Positions 50,891-64,000 of a DNA stretch of 64,000 nt are shown here, piece after piece; the first letter of the stretch is position 1; the number at the start of each line of letters is the position of its first letter. The translations under genes were made by a program, and so were the position numbers. This stretch comes from Eledone cirrhosa (lineage: Eukaryota). The notes below the pieces were generated by a model that was not told the DNA's origin, ran no database searches, and saw only the letters and a program-made list of their open reading frames with translations. The stretch lies in the NCBI GenBank assembly GCA_964016885.1, contig OZ024742.1:252960001-253024000 (forward strand), given 5' to 3'.

Positions 50891-51499
50891 GTAAGTATTC
50901 TTCTTTCTTTTACTTTTTACTGGATTCAGTTATTAGGTTGCAGCCATGCTGAGACACTGCCTTGAAAGAGTATAGTTGATCACATCTACCCCAGTATTTA
51001 TTTTATTGATCTGTATTTATGGAACAACAGACAACACTTGTTAAGTGGGGTAGACATAGACACACACACACACAGGCATTCAAGTACATACACACACACA
51101 CACAGACATACACAAACAGACAAACACATATAGAGGTAACACAGGACTGAGCTGGCTAGTGATATGCCATAATACAAAAGACCCATCTACTGGTACAAAA
51201 ACTGTGACACTAAAAGTAAATGTAATGAGAAACTGGAGGTGACAGTGTTGGTGATTGAACAGAGACAGTATAGTGTTTGAGAGAACAACCTCTTTAGTAC
51301 TGGTGCCAACATAAAATGTACCTGGTACACCCTGTAAGGTGGTTAGTGTTAGGAAGGGCATCCATCTGTAGAAACTTTTAAATTTGGAATGTATGAGTGA
51401 GATGGGATTACTCTGACCTGTCTGGTCTCAAAATGTGACAACCTGTCCAACCCATGCCAGTGTGGAAAACAGACATAAAATGATGATGATGATATATAT

Positions 51500-51549
<50 letters not shown>

Positions 51550-51555
51550 TATGTA

Positions 51556-53776
51556 CCGTGATATTGTCGGGGAGAAGTGTGTACTTAATGATGATGGCAT
51601 ACTTGCCATCACTGACGCTGATAAGAAGGTAGCTTGGAAGTGTCACTACGAAAGGCTTCTAAATGAGGAGAACAAATGGGAGAAAGACAGTCTCCCCCAC
51701 ATCGACCCAATAGAGGGACCAGCAGTGTTAGTCGAAGGTAGTATAATAAGTAAGGCAATCAAAGATATGAAGACGGGTAAGGCGTCTGGACCTTCGTAAA
51801 TAGTTGCTGAGATGCTGAAAGCCTCTGGAACGGTGGGACACACCATGGTCACCCGGATAGTAAACCAAGTCATACAGAATGGGGTTGTTCCGAAGGACTG
51901 GCATAGCAGCATCATCATTAACTGTTACAAGGGTAAAGGAGATGCCCTAGATAGGTGTAACTATAGAGGCATTAAATTAATCGACCAGGTCATGAAGGTC
52001 ACGGTAAAAGTAATAGCGCAACTAATCAGAGAGAGAATTGATCTAGATGAAATGCAGTTCGGGTTTGTGTCAGGCAAAAGTACCACAGACGCTCTTTTCA
52101 TTGTACGACAACTACAGGAGAAGTACCTAGCTAAAAGTAAACCCCTATACTTAGCTTTTGTTGACTTGGAGAAAGCCTTCGACAGAGTCCCCCGTTCCAT
52201 TATCTGGTGGGCTCTTAGAAAACTAGATGTTGACGAATGGCTTGTGAGAGCTATACAAGCCATGTATAAAGAAACAGTCAGCAAGGTTAGAATTAACAAC
52301 GAATATAGTGAAGAGTTTAGCGTAAAAGTTGGTGTCCATCAGGGCTCTGTTCTTAGCCACCTACTATTTATTATTGCCCTTCAGGCTATAACAGAGGAGT
52401 TCAAGACCGGCTGCCCATGGGAACTCCTATACGCACATGATCTAACGCTCATAGCTGAATCAATGACCGAGCTAGAGAAGAAATTCCAAACATGGAAGCA
52501 CGGCCTAGAATCAAAAGGCCTTAAAATTAACCTGGCTAAGACTAAAGTTCTAGTTTGTAGGAAAGAAAATAAGGCGGCGGTCCCTTCCGGGAAATGGCCA
52601 TGCTCAGTGTGTAGGAAAGGCGTAGGTAGAAACTCCATTTTATGTCCCAAATGCAAAGTATGGGTGCATAAAAGATGTAGTGGGATCACAGGTAAGCTAA
52701 CTAAGAACATAGATTTTACATGTGGCCGGTGCTCTGGTGCAATAAGTAGCAGCAAGTGCCCACAAAAATACTAGCTCTTTCAATTGTGCAGAGGGTTCTA
52801 TAGAAATAGTGGACAGCTTCCGTTACCTGGGTGACAAAATCAGCAGTGGGAGAGGGTGCTCTGAAAGTACAGTAGCTAGAGTCAGAACTGGATGGAAAAA
52901 GTTCAGAGAGCTTATACCACTATTAGCCGCTAAAGGGTTCTCCCTAAAAATGAAAGGCAGGTTATATGATGCCTGCATACGAACAGCAATGCTGCATGGC
53001 AGTGAGACCTGGGCATTGTGTGCAGAGGATATACGCAGACTAGAGAGGAACGAAGCTTGCATGCTCCGCTGGATGTGTAATAGTAATATACGTGAATGGC
53101 TAAGCATAAACGAACTAAGGAAAAAATTAGAAATAAGAGGGATCAGATGTTGTTTACTCGAGAGAAGGCTACGTTGGTATGGTCACGTGATGCGCATGAA
53201 AGACGATAGCTGTATAACAAAGTGCAGGGCAATAAAGATAGACGGTAGCCACGGAGTAGGCAGACCCAGAAAAACCTGGGGCGACATGATAAATTCCGAC
53301 CTCACACGCTTACACCTCTCCAAGACAATGTCACTGGACCGAGACCTTTGGCGGTACTCAGTAATAGAGAAGACCCGCCTTACCTAAATACAAAGTAAAA
53401 CCTACTACAGTCAGTAGGCATCTCTAACAACCCCCCCCCCCCCCGTCCCACCACCCCCACCTCATCCACACCGCCCCTTTCAATGTAAAGTTATGTTGGT
53501 GCCACAACATCCAGGCCGAAACAAATGAGATCGTGTAGGTGTCACGACAAAAAACACACAGTCCACGCTGTAATGTGGCCGTGTAGGTAACACGGTAAAA
53601 ACCTCCCAGACCCACACTGTAAATGTGGTTGGTGTTAGGAGGGCATCCAGCTGTAGAAAACCCGCCAGACAGTCCTATGCGAGCAAGACAATCACTCTTG
53701 CCTCAAGTGGGAAAACCCCGTCCAAACCCATGCAAGCGTGGAACACGGACGTTAAACGTTGATGATGATGATGATG
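51556..53776 (+). mobile_element. PHD-bearing RTE LINE, 5'-truncated, inactive
   Basis: Near-identical to 29571-31652, with a stop at 51797, YADD changed to YAHD and a frameshift near 52770. Confidence 0.95.
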
Positions 53777-53789
53777 TATGTATGTACAG

Positions 53790-53945
53790 TAGGCTTCCTT
53801 ACAATTTCTGTCTCCCAAATTTCAATCATTAGGCATTGCTCAATCCAAAGCTACAGTAGAGGACACTTGCCCAAAGGGCCACACATTGGGACTGAACCTG
53901 AAACCATGTGGTTGTGAAGCAAACTCCTTAACAATGCAGCCACAG
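53790..53945 (-). mobile_element. tRNA-derived SINE, a different CORE-like family
   Basis: The - strand reads ...cacatggtttcaggttcagtccca...ttgggcaagtgtcctctact.... Confidence 0.6.
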
Positions 53946-54669
53946 ATGTGTCTAATATTTACATTGCTTTTTTTATTTTTATACATATGAATTTTTTTTA
54001 CTCAATATTTTTCTCTAATAGTTTCTTAACCTTCCCACTGGCAGTGGTAGCTCTACTGGTAAGCAAGGTATTCTCTCTGAGTAAAAGGTAGATTGTATGA
54101 TGTTTGTGTATGCAATGTGATGTTATATGGTAGTGAGACATTGGTATTGAATGTAGAGGGTGTTTAAAAGGTAGATTGTATGATATTTATATGTGTAGTG
54201 CGATGTTACATGGTCATGAGACATGGGTATTGAATGTAGAGGATGTAAGAAAGCAAGAAAGAAATGATGTGAGGTTGCTCCATTTAATGTGCATAAATAA
54301 TGAAGCACAGATGAACTGAAAGAAAAACATTGGGTATAACAGGAATTAGGTTTTGTGTGCAAGAGAAAAGAATGTACTGGTATGGACATGTAATGTGTAT
54401 AGTTGATGATTATTGGGTGAAGAAGTCTCATTGGAAGTGGAAGACCCAAGAAAAACCTGCATAGAAGTGGTGAGGACTTATCTCAAAATGTTGAACCTCA
54501 CTGAGGAGATGATGAAGTAATGCAACCAGTGCTGTAGAGGACTCACTCAACCTATGCAAGTATGGAAAAATGGATGTAACAATGATAATGATGATGATGA
54601 TAATGAATGGAACTTGATCTACCTGTATATATTGCATATATACATAGGTAAATAATACATAAACCTCCT

Positions 54670-54830
54670 TGCATTCACTGGTGAATTAAACTTATTCTGT
54701 CAATGTATGTATCATATATTTAATGGTGAATCAAACTTGATCTATGAGTGTGTGTGTTATGTATTCACTGGTGGATCAAACTTTATCTATCAATGTATGT
54801 GTCATATATTTACTGGGGAATCAAGCTTGA
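54670..54830. repeat. ~45-bp minisatellite, ~4 copies, upstream of exon 11
   Basis: tt(c/t)actggtgaatcaaactt...caatgtatgt repeated. Confidence 0.75.
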
Positions 54831-54858
54831 TTTTTATCATTATATCATATATTCACAG

Positions 54859-55078
54859 ATCGATCAAAAGAATGATTTTTTACTCTGTCATGAAACCAAG
54901 TCTAAATGAAAAAGGTGAGAAAGAGATGGACATTCTATCCCCATCACAGGCTTTACAGATTGCTGGTCGAGCTGGCCGTTACAATACAATTTATGAAGAA
55001 GGTGAAGTGACTACATTCAAGCATGAAGATTTAACTGTTCTGAAAGACATAACTAGTAGGATTATTGAGCCAATTGAG
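54859..55078 (+). CDS. SUPV3L1: SUV3 exon 11 (motif VI)
   Basis: SIKRMIFYSVMKPSLNEKGE...SQALQIAGRAGRY...EGEVTT; 220 nt. Confidence 0.98.
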
Positions 55079-55851
55079 GTAAATGCATTTGGTCCCAATA
55101 TCTTTTATCGTCATCAACATAAGTAGTAATATAAAAAAAAATAAAACATAAAACCGTATCACACCTAGTGTAAAGAAGAAAACTAACCCCTACACCACCA
55201 TTCTTTTACTGAGTTTTCTCATCATCATTATATGTCTGCTGTTTCATACTTACATAGGTTGGAAAAGTTTTTTCAGTACTGCATCTCTCCTCCACTTGAT
55301 GTGATCTCTCGTCATCTCCTCTCTGAGCTTCAGCAATTTGAGATCTGTTCTCACCTCCTCTGCCTAAGGTCATCCATTGTCTTCCTCTACTGCAGCTTCC
55401 TTCGAATGGGATTTTTTTCACACAGTGATCATCATTACCTCAATTACCTTATCTACCTATTTTTTTGCTAACAAAATACCTACTTCACCCAACCCATAGC
55501 TGTTTCCTACCCAGAAAGAATTGTAGCATTGTTCTTTGCCTATGAGGAGTGAAGTTATGCTCCTCTCCACCTAGTCTCTTGTACACAACATACATCTACT
55601 TCCTTTCAACTTTTTATATCAGACCATGCAGTTTTCTATTTGATATTCACACTGATACTTTCACAATTTCTTGATCATATTTCTAATAAAAATACTCTGT
55701 TTACTAGAATTTTTTTCAACATGCTGATGCATGTGTGAGTATAGTATTGTAAGCGCGCAAACACAGACTCACAAAAATAAGTCCCTCAAATATATATTTA
55801 GATTATACACAGAAGAGTAGTGAATGTTAGATGCTGTTTTCTGTAATTTGT

Positions 55852-58800
55852 CATCATCTCTAGTGTGTGATGCCATCACTCCTTCCTACCTCAGTCGTCT
55901 CTAGTGTGTGACGCCATCGCTCCTTCCTACCTCAGTCGTCTCTAGTGTGTGACGCCATCACTCTTTCCTTCCTCAGTCATCTCTAGTGTGTGACGTTATC
56001 ACTCCTTCCTACCTCAATCATCTCTAGTGTGTAATGTCATCACTACTTCCTTCCTCAGTCATCTCTCTAGTGTGTGACGCCATCACTCCTTCCTACCTCA
56101 ATCATCTCTAGTGTGTGACGCCATCACTCCTTCCTACCTCAGTCATCTCTAGTGTGTGACGTCATCACTCCTTCCTACCTCAGTCACCTCTAGTGTGTGA
56201 CGTCATCACTCCTTCCTTCCTCAGTCATCTCTCTAGTGTGTGAGGCCATCACTCCTTCCTACCTCAATCACCTCTAGTGTGTGATGCCATCACTCCTTCT
56301 TTCCTCAGTCATCTCTAGTGTGTGACGTCATCACTTCCTTCCTCAGTCATCTCTAGTGTGTGGTGTCATCACTCCTTCCTTCCTCAGTCATCTCTAGTGT
56401 GTGACATCATCACTCCTTCCTACCTCAATCATCTCTAGTGTGTGACGCCATCACTCCTTCCTATTTCAATCACCTCTAGTGTGTGACGCCATCACTCCTT
56501 CTTTCCTCAGTCATCTCTAGTGTGTGACATCATCACTCCTTCCTACCTCAATCATCTCTAGTGTGTGACGCCATCACTCCTTCCTTCCTCAGTCATCTCT
56601 AGTGTGTGACGCCATCACTCCTTCCTTCCTCAGTCATCTCTAGTGGGTGACGTCATCACTCCTTCTTTCCTCAGTCATCTCTCTAGTGTGTGACGCCATC
56701 ACTCCTTCCTACCTCAATCATCTCTAGTGTGTGACTCCATCACTCCTTCCTACCTCAATCATCTCTAGTGTGTGACGTCATCACTCCTTCCTTCCTCAGT
56801 CATCTCTAGTGTGTGACGCCATCACTCCTTCCTTCCTCAGTCATCTCTCTAGTGTGTGACGCCATCACTCCTTCCTAACTCAATCATCTCTAGTGTGTGA
56901 CGCCATCACTCCTTCCTAACTCAATCATCTCTAGTGTGTGACGTCATCACCCCTTCCTTCCTCAGTCATCTCTAGTGTGTGACGCCATCACTCCTTCCTA
57001 CCTCAATCATCTCTAGTGTGTGACGCCATCACTCCTTCCTTCCTCAGTCATCTCTAGTGTGTGACGTCATCACTCCTTCTTTCCTCAGTCATCTCTCTAG
57101 TGTGTGACGCCATCACTCCTTCCTACCTCAATCATCTCTAGTGTGTGACGCCATCACTCCTTCCTTCCTCAGTCATCTCTAGTGTGTGATGTCATCACTC
57201 CTTCTTTCCTCAGTCATCTCTCTAGTGTGTGACGCCATCACTCCTTCCTACCTCAATCATCTCTAGTGTGTGACGTCATCACTCCTTCCTTCCTCAGTCA
57301 TCTCTAGTGTGTGACGCCATCACTCCTTCCTTCCTCACTCATCTCTAGTGTGTGACGTCATCACTCCTTCCTTCCTCAGTCATCTCTCTAGTGTGTGACG
57401 CCATCACTCCTTCCTACCTCAATCATCTCTAGTGTGTGACGCCATCACTCCTTCCTTCCTCAGTCATCTCTAGTGTGTAACGTCATCACTCCTTCTTTCC
57501 TCAGTCATCTCTCTAGTGTGTGACGCCATCACTCCTTCCTACCTCAATCATCTCTAGTGTGTGACGTCATCACTCCTTCCTTCCTCAGTCATCTCTAGTG
57601 TGTGATGTCATCACTCCTTCTTTCCTCAGTCATCTCTCTAGTGTGTGACGCCATCACTCCTTCCTACCTCAATCATCTCTACTGTGTGACGTCATCACTC
57701 CTTCCTTCCTCAGTCATCTCTAGTGTGTGATGTCATCACTCCTTCTTTCCTCAGTCATCTCTCTAGTGTGTGACGCCATCACTCCTTCCTTCCTCAGTCA
57801 TCTCTAGTGTGTGACGCCATCACTCCTTCTTTCCTCAGTTGTCTCTAGTGTGTGACGGCATCACTCCTTCCTTCCTCCCTCAGTCATCTCTAGTGCGTGA
57901 CGCCATCACTCCTTCCTTCCTCAGTCACCTCTAGTGTGTGACGTCATCACTCATTCCTACCTCAGTCATCTCTAGTGTGTGGCGTCATCACTTCTTCCTC
58001 AGTCATCTCTAGTGGGTGACGTCATCACTCCCTCCTTCCTCAGTCATCTCTCGTGTGTGACGTCATCACTCATTCCTAACTCAATCATCTCTAGTGTGTG
58101 ACGCCATCACTCCTTCCTTCCTCAGTCACCTCTAGTGTGTGACGCCATCACTCCTTCCTTCCTCAGTCATCTCTAGTGTGTGACGCCATCACTCCTTCCT
58201 ACCTCAGTCATCTCTAGTGTGTGACGACATCACTCCTTCCTTCCTCAGTCATCTCTAGTGTGTGACGCCATCACTCCTTCCTTCCTCAGTCATCTCTAGT
58301 GTGTGACGCCATCACTCCTTCCTACCTCAGTCATCTCTAGTGTGTAACGTCATCACTCCTTTGAACCTCAGTAACCTCTAGACTGTGACGTCATCACTCC
58401 TTCCTACCTCAGTCATCTCTCTAGTGTGTGACGCCATAACTCCTTCCTACCTCAGTCATCTCTAGTGTGTGACGCCATAACTCCTTCCTACCTCAGTCAT
58501 CTCTAGTGTGTGACGCCATCACTCCTTCCTAACTCAATCATCTCTATTGTGTGACGCCATCACTCCTTCCTACCTCAATCATCTCTAGTATGTGACGTCA
58601 TCACTCCTTCCTTCCTCAGTCATCTCTCTAGTATGTGACACCATCACTCCTTCCTTCCTCAGTCATCTCTAGTCTGACGCCATCACTCCTTCCTTCCTCA
58701 ATCATCTCTAGTGTGTGACATCATCACTCCATCCTACCTCAGTCATCTCTCTAGTGTGTGACGTCATCACTCCCTCCTTCCTCAGTCATCTCTAGTGGGT

Positions 58801-59541
58801 GACGTCATCACTCCTTCCTTCTTCAGTCATATCTAGTGTGTGACGCCATCACTCCTTCCTACCTCAATCATCTCTAGTGTGTGACGTCATCACTCCTTCC
58901 TTACTCAGTCACCTCTAGTGTGTGACGCCATCACTCCTTCCTTCCTCAATCATCTCTAGTGTGTGACACCATCACTCCTTCCTTCCTCAGTGATCTCTAG
59001 TGTGTGACACCATCACTCCTTCCTTCCTCAATCACCTAGTGTATGACGCCATCACTCCTTCCTACCTCAATCATCTCTAGTATGTGACGCCATCACTCCT
59101 TCCTACCTCAATCATCTCTAGTGTGTGACGCCATCACTTCTTCCTTCCTCTGTCATCTCTAGCGTGTGGTGTCATCACTCCTTCCTACCTCAATCATCTC
59201 TAGTGTGTGATGCCATCACTCCTTCCTTCCTCTGTCATCTCTAGTGTGTGGTGTCATCACTCCTTCTTTCCTCAGTCATCTCTCTAGTGTGTGACGCCAT
59301 CACTCCTTCCTACCTCAATCATCTCTAGTGTGTGACGCCATCACTCCTTCCTTCCTCAATCATCTCTAGTGTGTGACGCCATCACTCCTTCCTTCCTCAG
59401 TCATCTCTAGTGTGTGGCGTCATCACTCCTTCCTTCCTCAGTCATCTCTAGTGTGTGACGCCATCACTCCTTCCTACCCTAGTCATCTCTAGTGTGTGAC
59501 GTCATCACTCCTTCCTTCCTCAGTCATCTCTAGTGTGTGAT
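55852..59541. repeat. 41-bp tandem satellite (~89 units) in intron 11
   Basis: Unit ctctagtgtgtgacg(c/t)catcactccttcct(a/t)cctca(g/a)tcat; 43-bp variants carry an extra CT. Confidence 0.97.
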
Positions 59542-59882
59542 GGAAGGACAGATGGAAGTCGCTCGAATTTATATATAGATTAATGAATAATTTGGAGGGA
59601 TTTACTAAAATTAGTAATAATTTCAATATTATAGTATTTGAAACATACATAAACTTAACAAAAGGTTCTTATTCTTGCTGTTCTCTTTTTGCTTCTCATT
59701 AATTTCATTTAAATGTTATATTCACAATTGTTTAAATAACATTACAAATTATTTATAATTCTTACAGAATGAAAATATATACAATTAATTCTCGCTAGGA
59801 ACCTTATAAATATAATACACAAAAATATATAATCAAAGTGAGACAAAAAACAATTAATATTTGTATTCTTTTTTCGTTGCAG

Positions 59883-59963
59883 CAAGCTGGTCTCCATCCA
59901 ACAGCAGATCAGATAGAACTATTTGCTTATCATTTGCCTAATGCTACACTCTCAAATTTAATG
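59883..59963 (+). CDS. SUPV3L1: SUV3 exon 12 (gene continues beyond the window)
   Basis: ttgcag|[27 protein letters not shown]|gtaagt; 81 nt. Confidence 0.97.
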
Positions 59964-61528
59964 GTAAGTTTTACCTAGAACGTAGAGCAAGTTATGATAG
60001 TGATGTAGAATCTTCCGTTGGTTTTGCCAATTAGCATTAACTGTATGCTATAGGTCTGATCAGTCAGTTAGGATGAAAATCATAGTAGACAGAAACTGTT
60101 GGAAATCTGTTATACACACATATATATATATATATACACACACACACATATATATATATATGTACATGTGTGTATGCATGAGCATGCCAATCACTGTAAG
60201 CATCATAATCGATACCATTATAAGCTTGCAGTGACTGTTGATTATGTCACCCATAAATAATATGGCTGGTCATATTGTGGTATGATAAAATGCTAGCAGC
60301 ATTTACCATTCTTAGGGTAGGTGGAAACGTTTGTGATGGAGTGAATGGACAGCAGGAAAATCTTCAAAGTAAGAACTCCCATCAACCAAGTGTTTCAACT
60401 CTTGATTCCTCCTGATACTTAAGGGAGCTGGGTTCACCCAGGTCATGGCTCCTTGTTGTCCTCCTGTTTTTTCTCCCCCAGCAGGATATGAACCCTGGAC
60501 CTTCCAGTGATCTTGTTGCCCATTCCTGTTGTTTACACCACTCGACCACGAAAACCATCGGTAAAACTAACATTTCACCTCTATTTAAAGAGCAATCAGA
60601 GTTAGTGTCCTGATGTATCCTATATTAGCCTCAGCTGTCATTCCTTTTTGACCATAGCCACAATGAGCTTTTCTCAGTTGTCTCTGACAGGCATTTGATC
60701 TGTTGCTGTTCTTTTCTGACCTTGATTCCAAGCTGACCAACTTAGTATACAGTAAAGGTTGGCTTCAGGAAGGGCATTTAATTGGAGAAAAGTTTGCCAG
60801 AAAAGTGATCTTGCCCAACCCATGCAAGTATCGAAAAATGGACATAAAAACAATAATGATCATGATATGGATGGTAATATTGTGTATTGCTAGAACTCTG
60901 TTATTGGGTTCCAAGAAAAATATACTGGGCTGGAGTTGTCTGTTACTTTCTCATGAAACACATGAAACATAAAATTTAGGTTTTAGTTATAGCGTTCATT
61001 ATTTTTTTCTTGGAAAATTACTGCAAATAGAAATTGAAACCGTGTTGCAGTTTCCACAAATAAAATATTTTGTCTAAAAGCAAGAAGAGTAGTCGAAAAG
61101 GAGTTTGGAGAAATGTTCTATAGTGTAGTAGAAGTATAAAAATTGATTAAAAAAAAGACAGAAGTGAAATTTTCTCTTATTTATATTAACACAAAAAAAT
61201 TCTAATCATTTTTTTTTTTTTCTCTTAAAATCTGAAAATATAATAAATATATGATGAAATTCAGTTCCTCATATTACAGCTCATATAATTTTACAGAATC
61301 AAAAAATATTTGGATATTATGAAATATTTTATTAAATAAAACAAACAAATTGAAACTCACACTATTTATTTAAAGTATCTATTTATTTGTAAAGCAATGG
61401 TTTTGATTATATTTTTTAAAATTTTAAGATTTTATTTCTGTTTTACTATGTGTACACATTTTTCCTGTTGCTTTTTAGTTTTTTATAATATTTACAATAA
61501 TTTATATTATATATCATTATCATTTAAC

Positions 61529-64000
61529 ATTGTAGAAATGCTTGAACGTAAGGAGGTCGATGTTTGTTGTATTCAAGAGACCAGGTGGAGGGGTGGGTCT
61601 GCTAGATTCATCGTGAGTAAAGAACGATGCTATAAGCTTTTCTGGGTGGGAAATAACAATGGGCTGGGTGGAGTAGGAATCATGGTAGCAGAAAAGTGGG
61701 CAGATAAGATAATAGACGTAAATAGAGTGAACGACAGAATAATTAAAATAAGACTTGTCCTCAATAGATCTACGGTGACAGTAATATCTGCGTACGCACT
61801 CCAATCCGGACTGCCCGCCACTATAAAAGACAGATTCTATGAGACACTGATGCTCACTACCTCCCAAATAACCGACAGTGACTATATAATTATTGCAGGC
61901 GACCTAAATGGTCACGTTGGACAACATTGTGACGGCTATGACGGAATCCATGGAGGCTATGGGTTTGGTACTAGAAATGAGGAAGGCTCCAGAATCCTGG
62001 AATTCTGTGACGCAAATAACCTAACTATCTGTAACACTAACTTCAAAAAACGAGACAATCACTTGATCACCTATAGATCGGGGGAACACGCAAGCCAGGT
62101 AGATTATATCCTTACCAGGAGACGTGACAGAATGTCTGTTGTAAACACTAAATCCCTCCCCCATGATGAATGCACGTCTCAACATAGACTCATAATTAGC
62201 GACCTCATAGTCAGGACGAGATGTATTTGACAACAGAAGAAGACTATCCTCAGGAGAAAAATATGGAAATTAAAGGACCCCACAGCCAGTCATAAATTTA
62301 AAAGCATATTACTTGATGCTTTTGATAGTAAGGAATAGCAATTAGAGTCGTACAACATAGAGGAACAGTGGGAATTCCTGAAAGCTAACCTGCTGAAGGC
62401 GACAGATGAAACCTGTGGCTGGAGCAGGCCTATAGGCAGGAGGAGAGTAACTTGGTGGTGGAACAGTAAGGTGGAGAGGTCAATCAAGGCCAAAAAGCAG
62501 GCTTGGAAAGCATGGCGGGATGGGGGAAGTAGAGAAGACTATCAAGTGGCCAGGAGGGAAACTAGGAGACAAGTGTACTTCGCAAGAAGGGAAGCAGAGG
62601 AAAGAAAGTTCAAGCATGTTCTACAACGTGAGGACCAAAAACGTGAGGTGTTCAGGATTGCTAGGCAATGTGTCAAGGAAAACAGTGATATTGTCGGGGA
62701 GAAGTGTGTCCTACATGATGATGGTGTACTTGCCATCACTGACACTGATAAGAAGGTAGCTTGGAAGTGTCACTACGAAAGGCTACTAAATGAGGAGAAT
62801 AATTGGGAGAAAGACAGTCTCCCCCACATCGACCCAATAGAGGGACCAGCAGTGCAAGTTGAAGGTAGTATAATAAGTAAGGCAATCAAAGACATGAAGA
62901 CGGGCAAGGCGGTCGGGCCTTCGGAAATAGTTGCCGAAATGCCGAAAGCATCTGGAACGGTGGGACACACTATGGTCACCCGGATAGTAAACCAAGTCAT
63001 ACAGAATGGGGTCGTTCCGAAGGACTGGCGCAGAAGCATCATCATTAACTGCTACAAGGGTAAAGGTGATGCCCTAGATAGGGGAAACTATAGAGGCATT
63101 AAATTAATTGACCAGGTCATGAAGGTCACAGAAAAAGTAATAGCGCAACTAATCAGAGAGCGAATTGATCTAGACGAAATGCAGTTCGGGTTTGTGTCAG
63201 GTAAAAGTACAATAGACGCTCTTTTCATTGTACGACAACTACAGGAGAAGTACCTAGCTAAAAGTAAACCCCTATACTTAGCTTTTGTTGACTTGGAGAA
63301 AGCCTTTGACAGAGTACTTCGCTCGATTATCTGGTGGGCCCTTAGAAAACTAGGTGTTGATGAATGGCTTGTGAGAGCTATACAAGCCATGTATAAAGAA
63401 ACAGTCAGCAAGGTTAGAATTAACAACGAATATAGTGAAGAGTTTAGCGTAAAAGTTGGTGTTCATCAGGGCTCCGTCCTTAGCCCCCTACTATTTATTA
63501 TTGCCCTTCAGGCTATAACAGAGGAGTTCAAGACCGGCTGCCTATGGGAACTCCTATATGCAGATGATCTAACGCTCATAGCTGAATCAATGGCTGAACT
63601 AGAGAAGAAATTCCAAACATGGAAGCATGGCCTAGAATCAAAAGGCCTTAAAGTTAACTTGTCTAAGACTAAAGTTCTAGTTTGTAGGAAGGAAAATAGG
63701 GCACCGGTCCCATCTGGGAAATGGCCATGCTCAGTGTGTAGGAAAGGAGTAGGTAGAAACTCCATTTTATGTCCCAAATGCAAAGTATGGGTACATAAAA
63801 GATGTAGTGGGATCACAGGTAAGCTAACTAAGAATATAGATTTTATATGTGGCCGGTGCTTTGGTGCAATAAGTAGCAGCAAGTGCCCACAGAATACTAA
63901 CTCATTCCATTGCACAGATGGTTCTATAGAAATAGTGGACAGCTTCCGTTACCTGGGTGATAAAATCAGCAGTGGGGCAGGGTGCTCTGAAAGTACAGTA
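61529..64000 (+). mobile_element. PHD-bearing RTE LINE with APE endonuclease, runs off the window
   Basis: DVCCIQETRW, VISAYA, AGDLNGHVG, QVDYIL, SQHRL, then stops near 62228 and 62336, then RT (YADD) and PHD. Confidence 0.95.

Noticed and set aside
55852-59541. CRISPR array
   Set aside because: Units are contiguous with no unique spacers, there are no cas genes, and the context is a eukaryotic intron.

Overview
AT-rich, microsatellite-dense animal genomic DNA, very probably an octopus (inferred from the RTE/CR1 LINE, Meta- and CORE-type SINE and Penelope repeat content). One host gene is clear: the mitochondrial RNA helicase SUPV3L1/SUV3 on the + strand. Its first 12 coding exons (28143-59963, 1599 nt, 533 codons) splice in frame, intron 1 appears to be GC-AG, and the gene continues beyond the window. 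About 1.3 kb upstream, a divergent TATA+TCT (5'TOP-type) promoter precedes a hairpin-rich non-coding exon on the - strand. The rest is repeat: BovB-like RTE LINEs, many copies of an RTE family with a PHD finger inside its RT domain, SINEs, CR1, mariner, Helitron-like and MITE remnants, a ~10 kb low-complexity block and a 3.7 kb 41-bp satellite. The most notable unexplained structure is a set of minimal type I hammerhead ribozyme motifs: a tandem pair 566 nt apart in a non-coding repeat (retrozyme-like), one inside a 139-bp palindrome just upstream of SUPV3L1 exon 9, one with a long stem II in intron 1, and a variant in an inverted Penelope terminal repeat. All calls were made by eye; no database search or folding program was run, and repeat boundaries are approximate.
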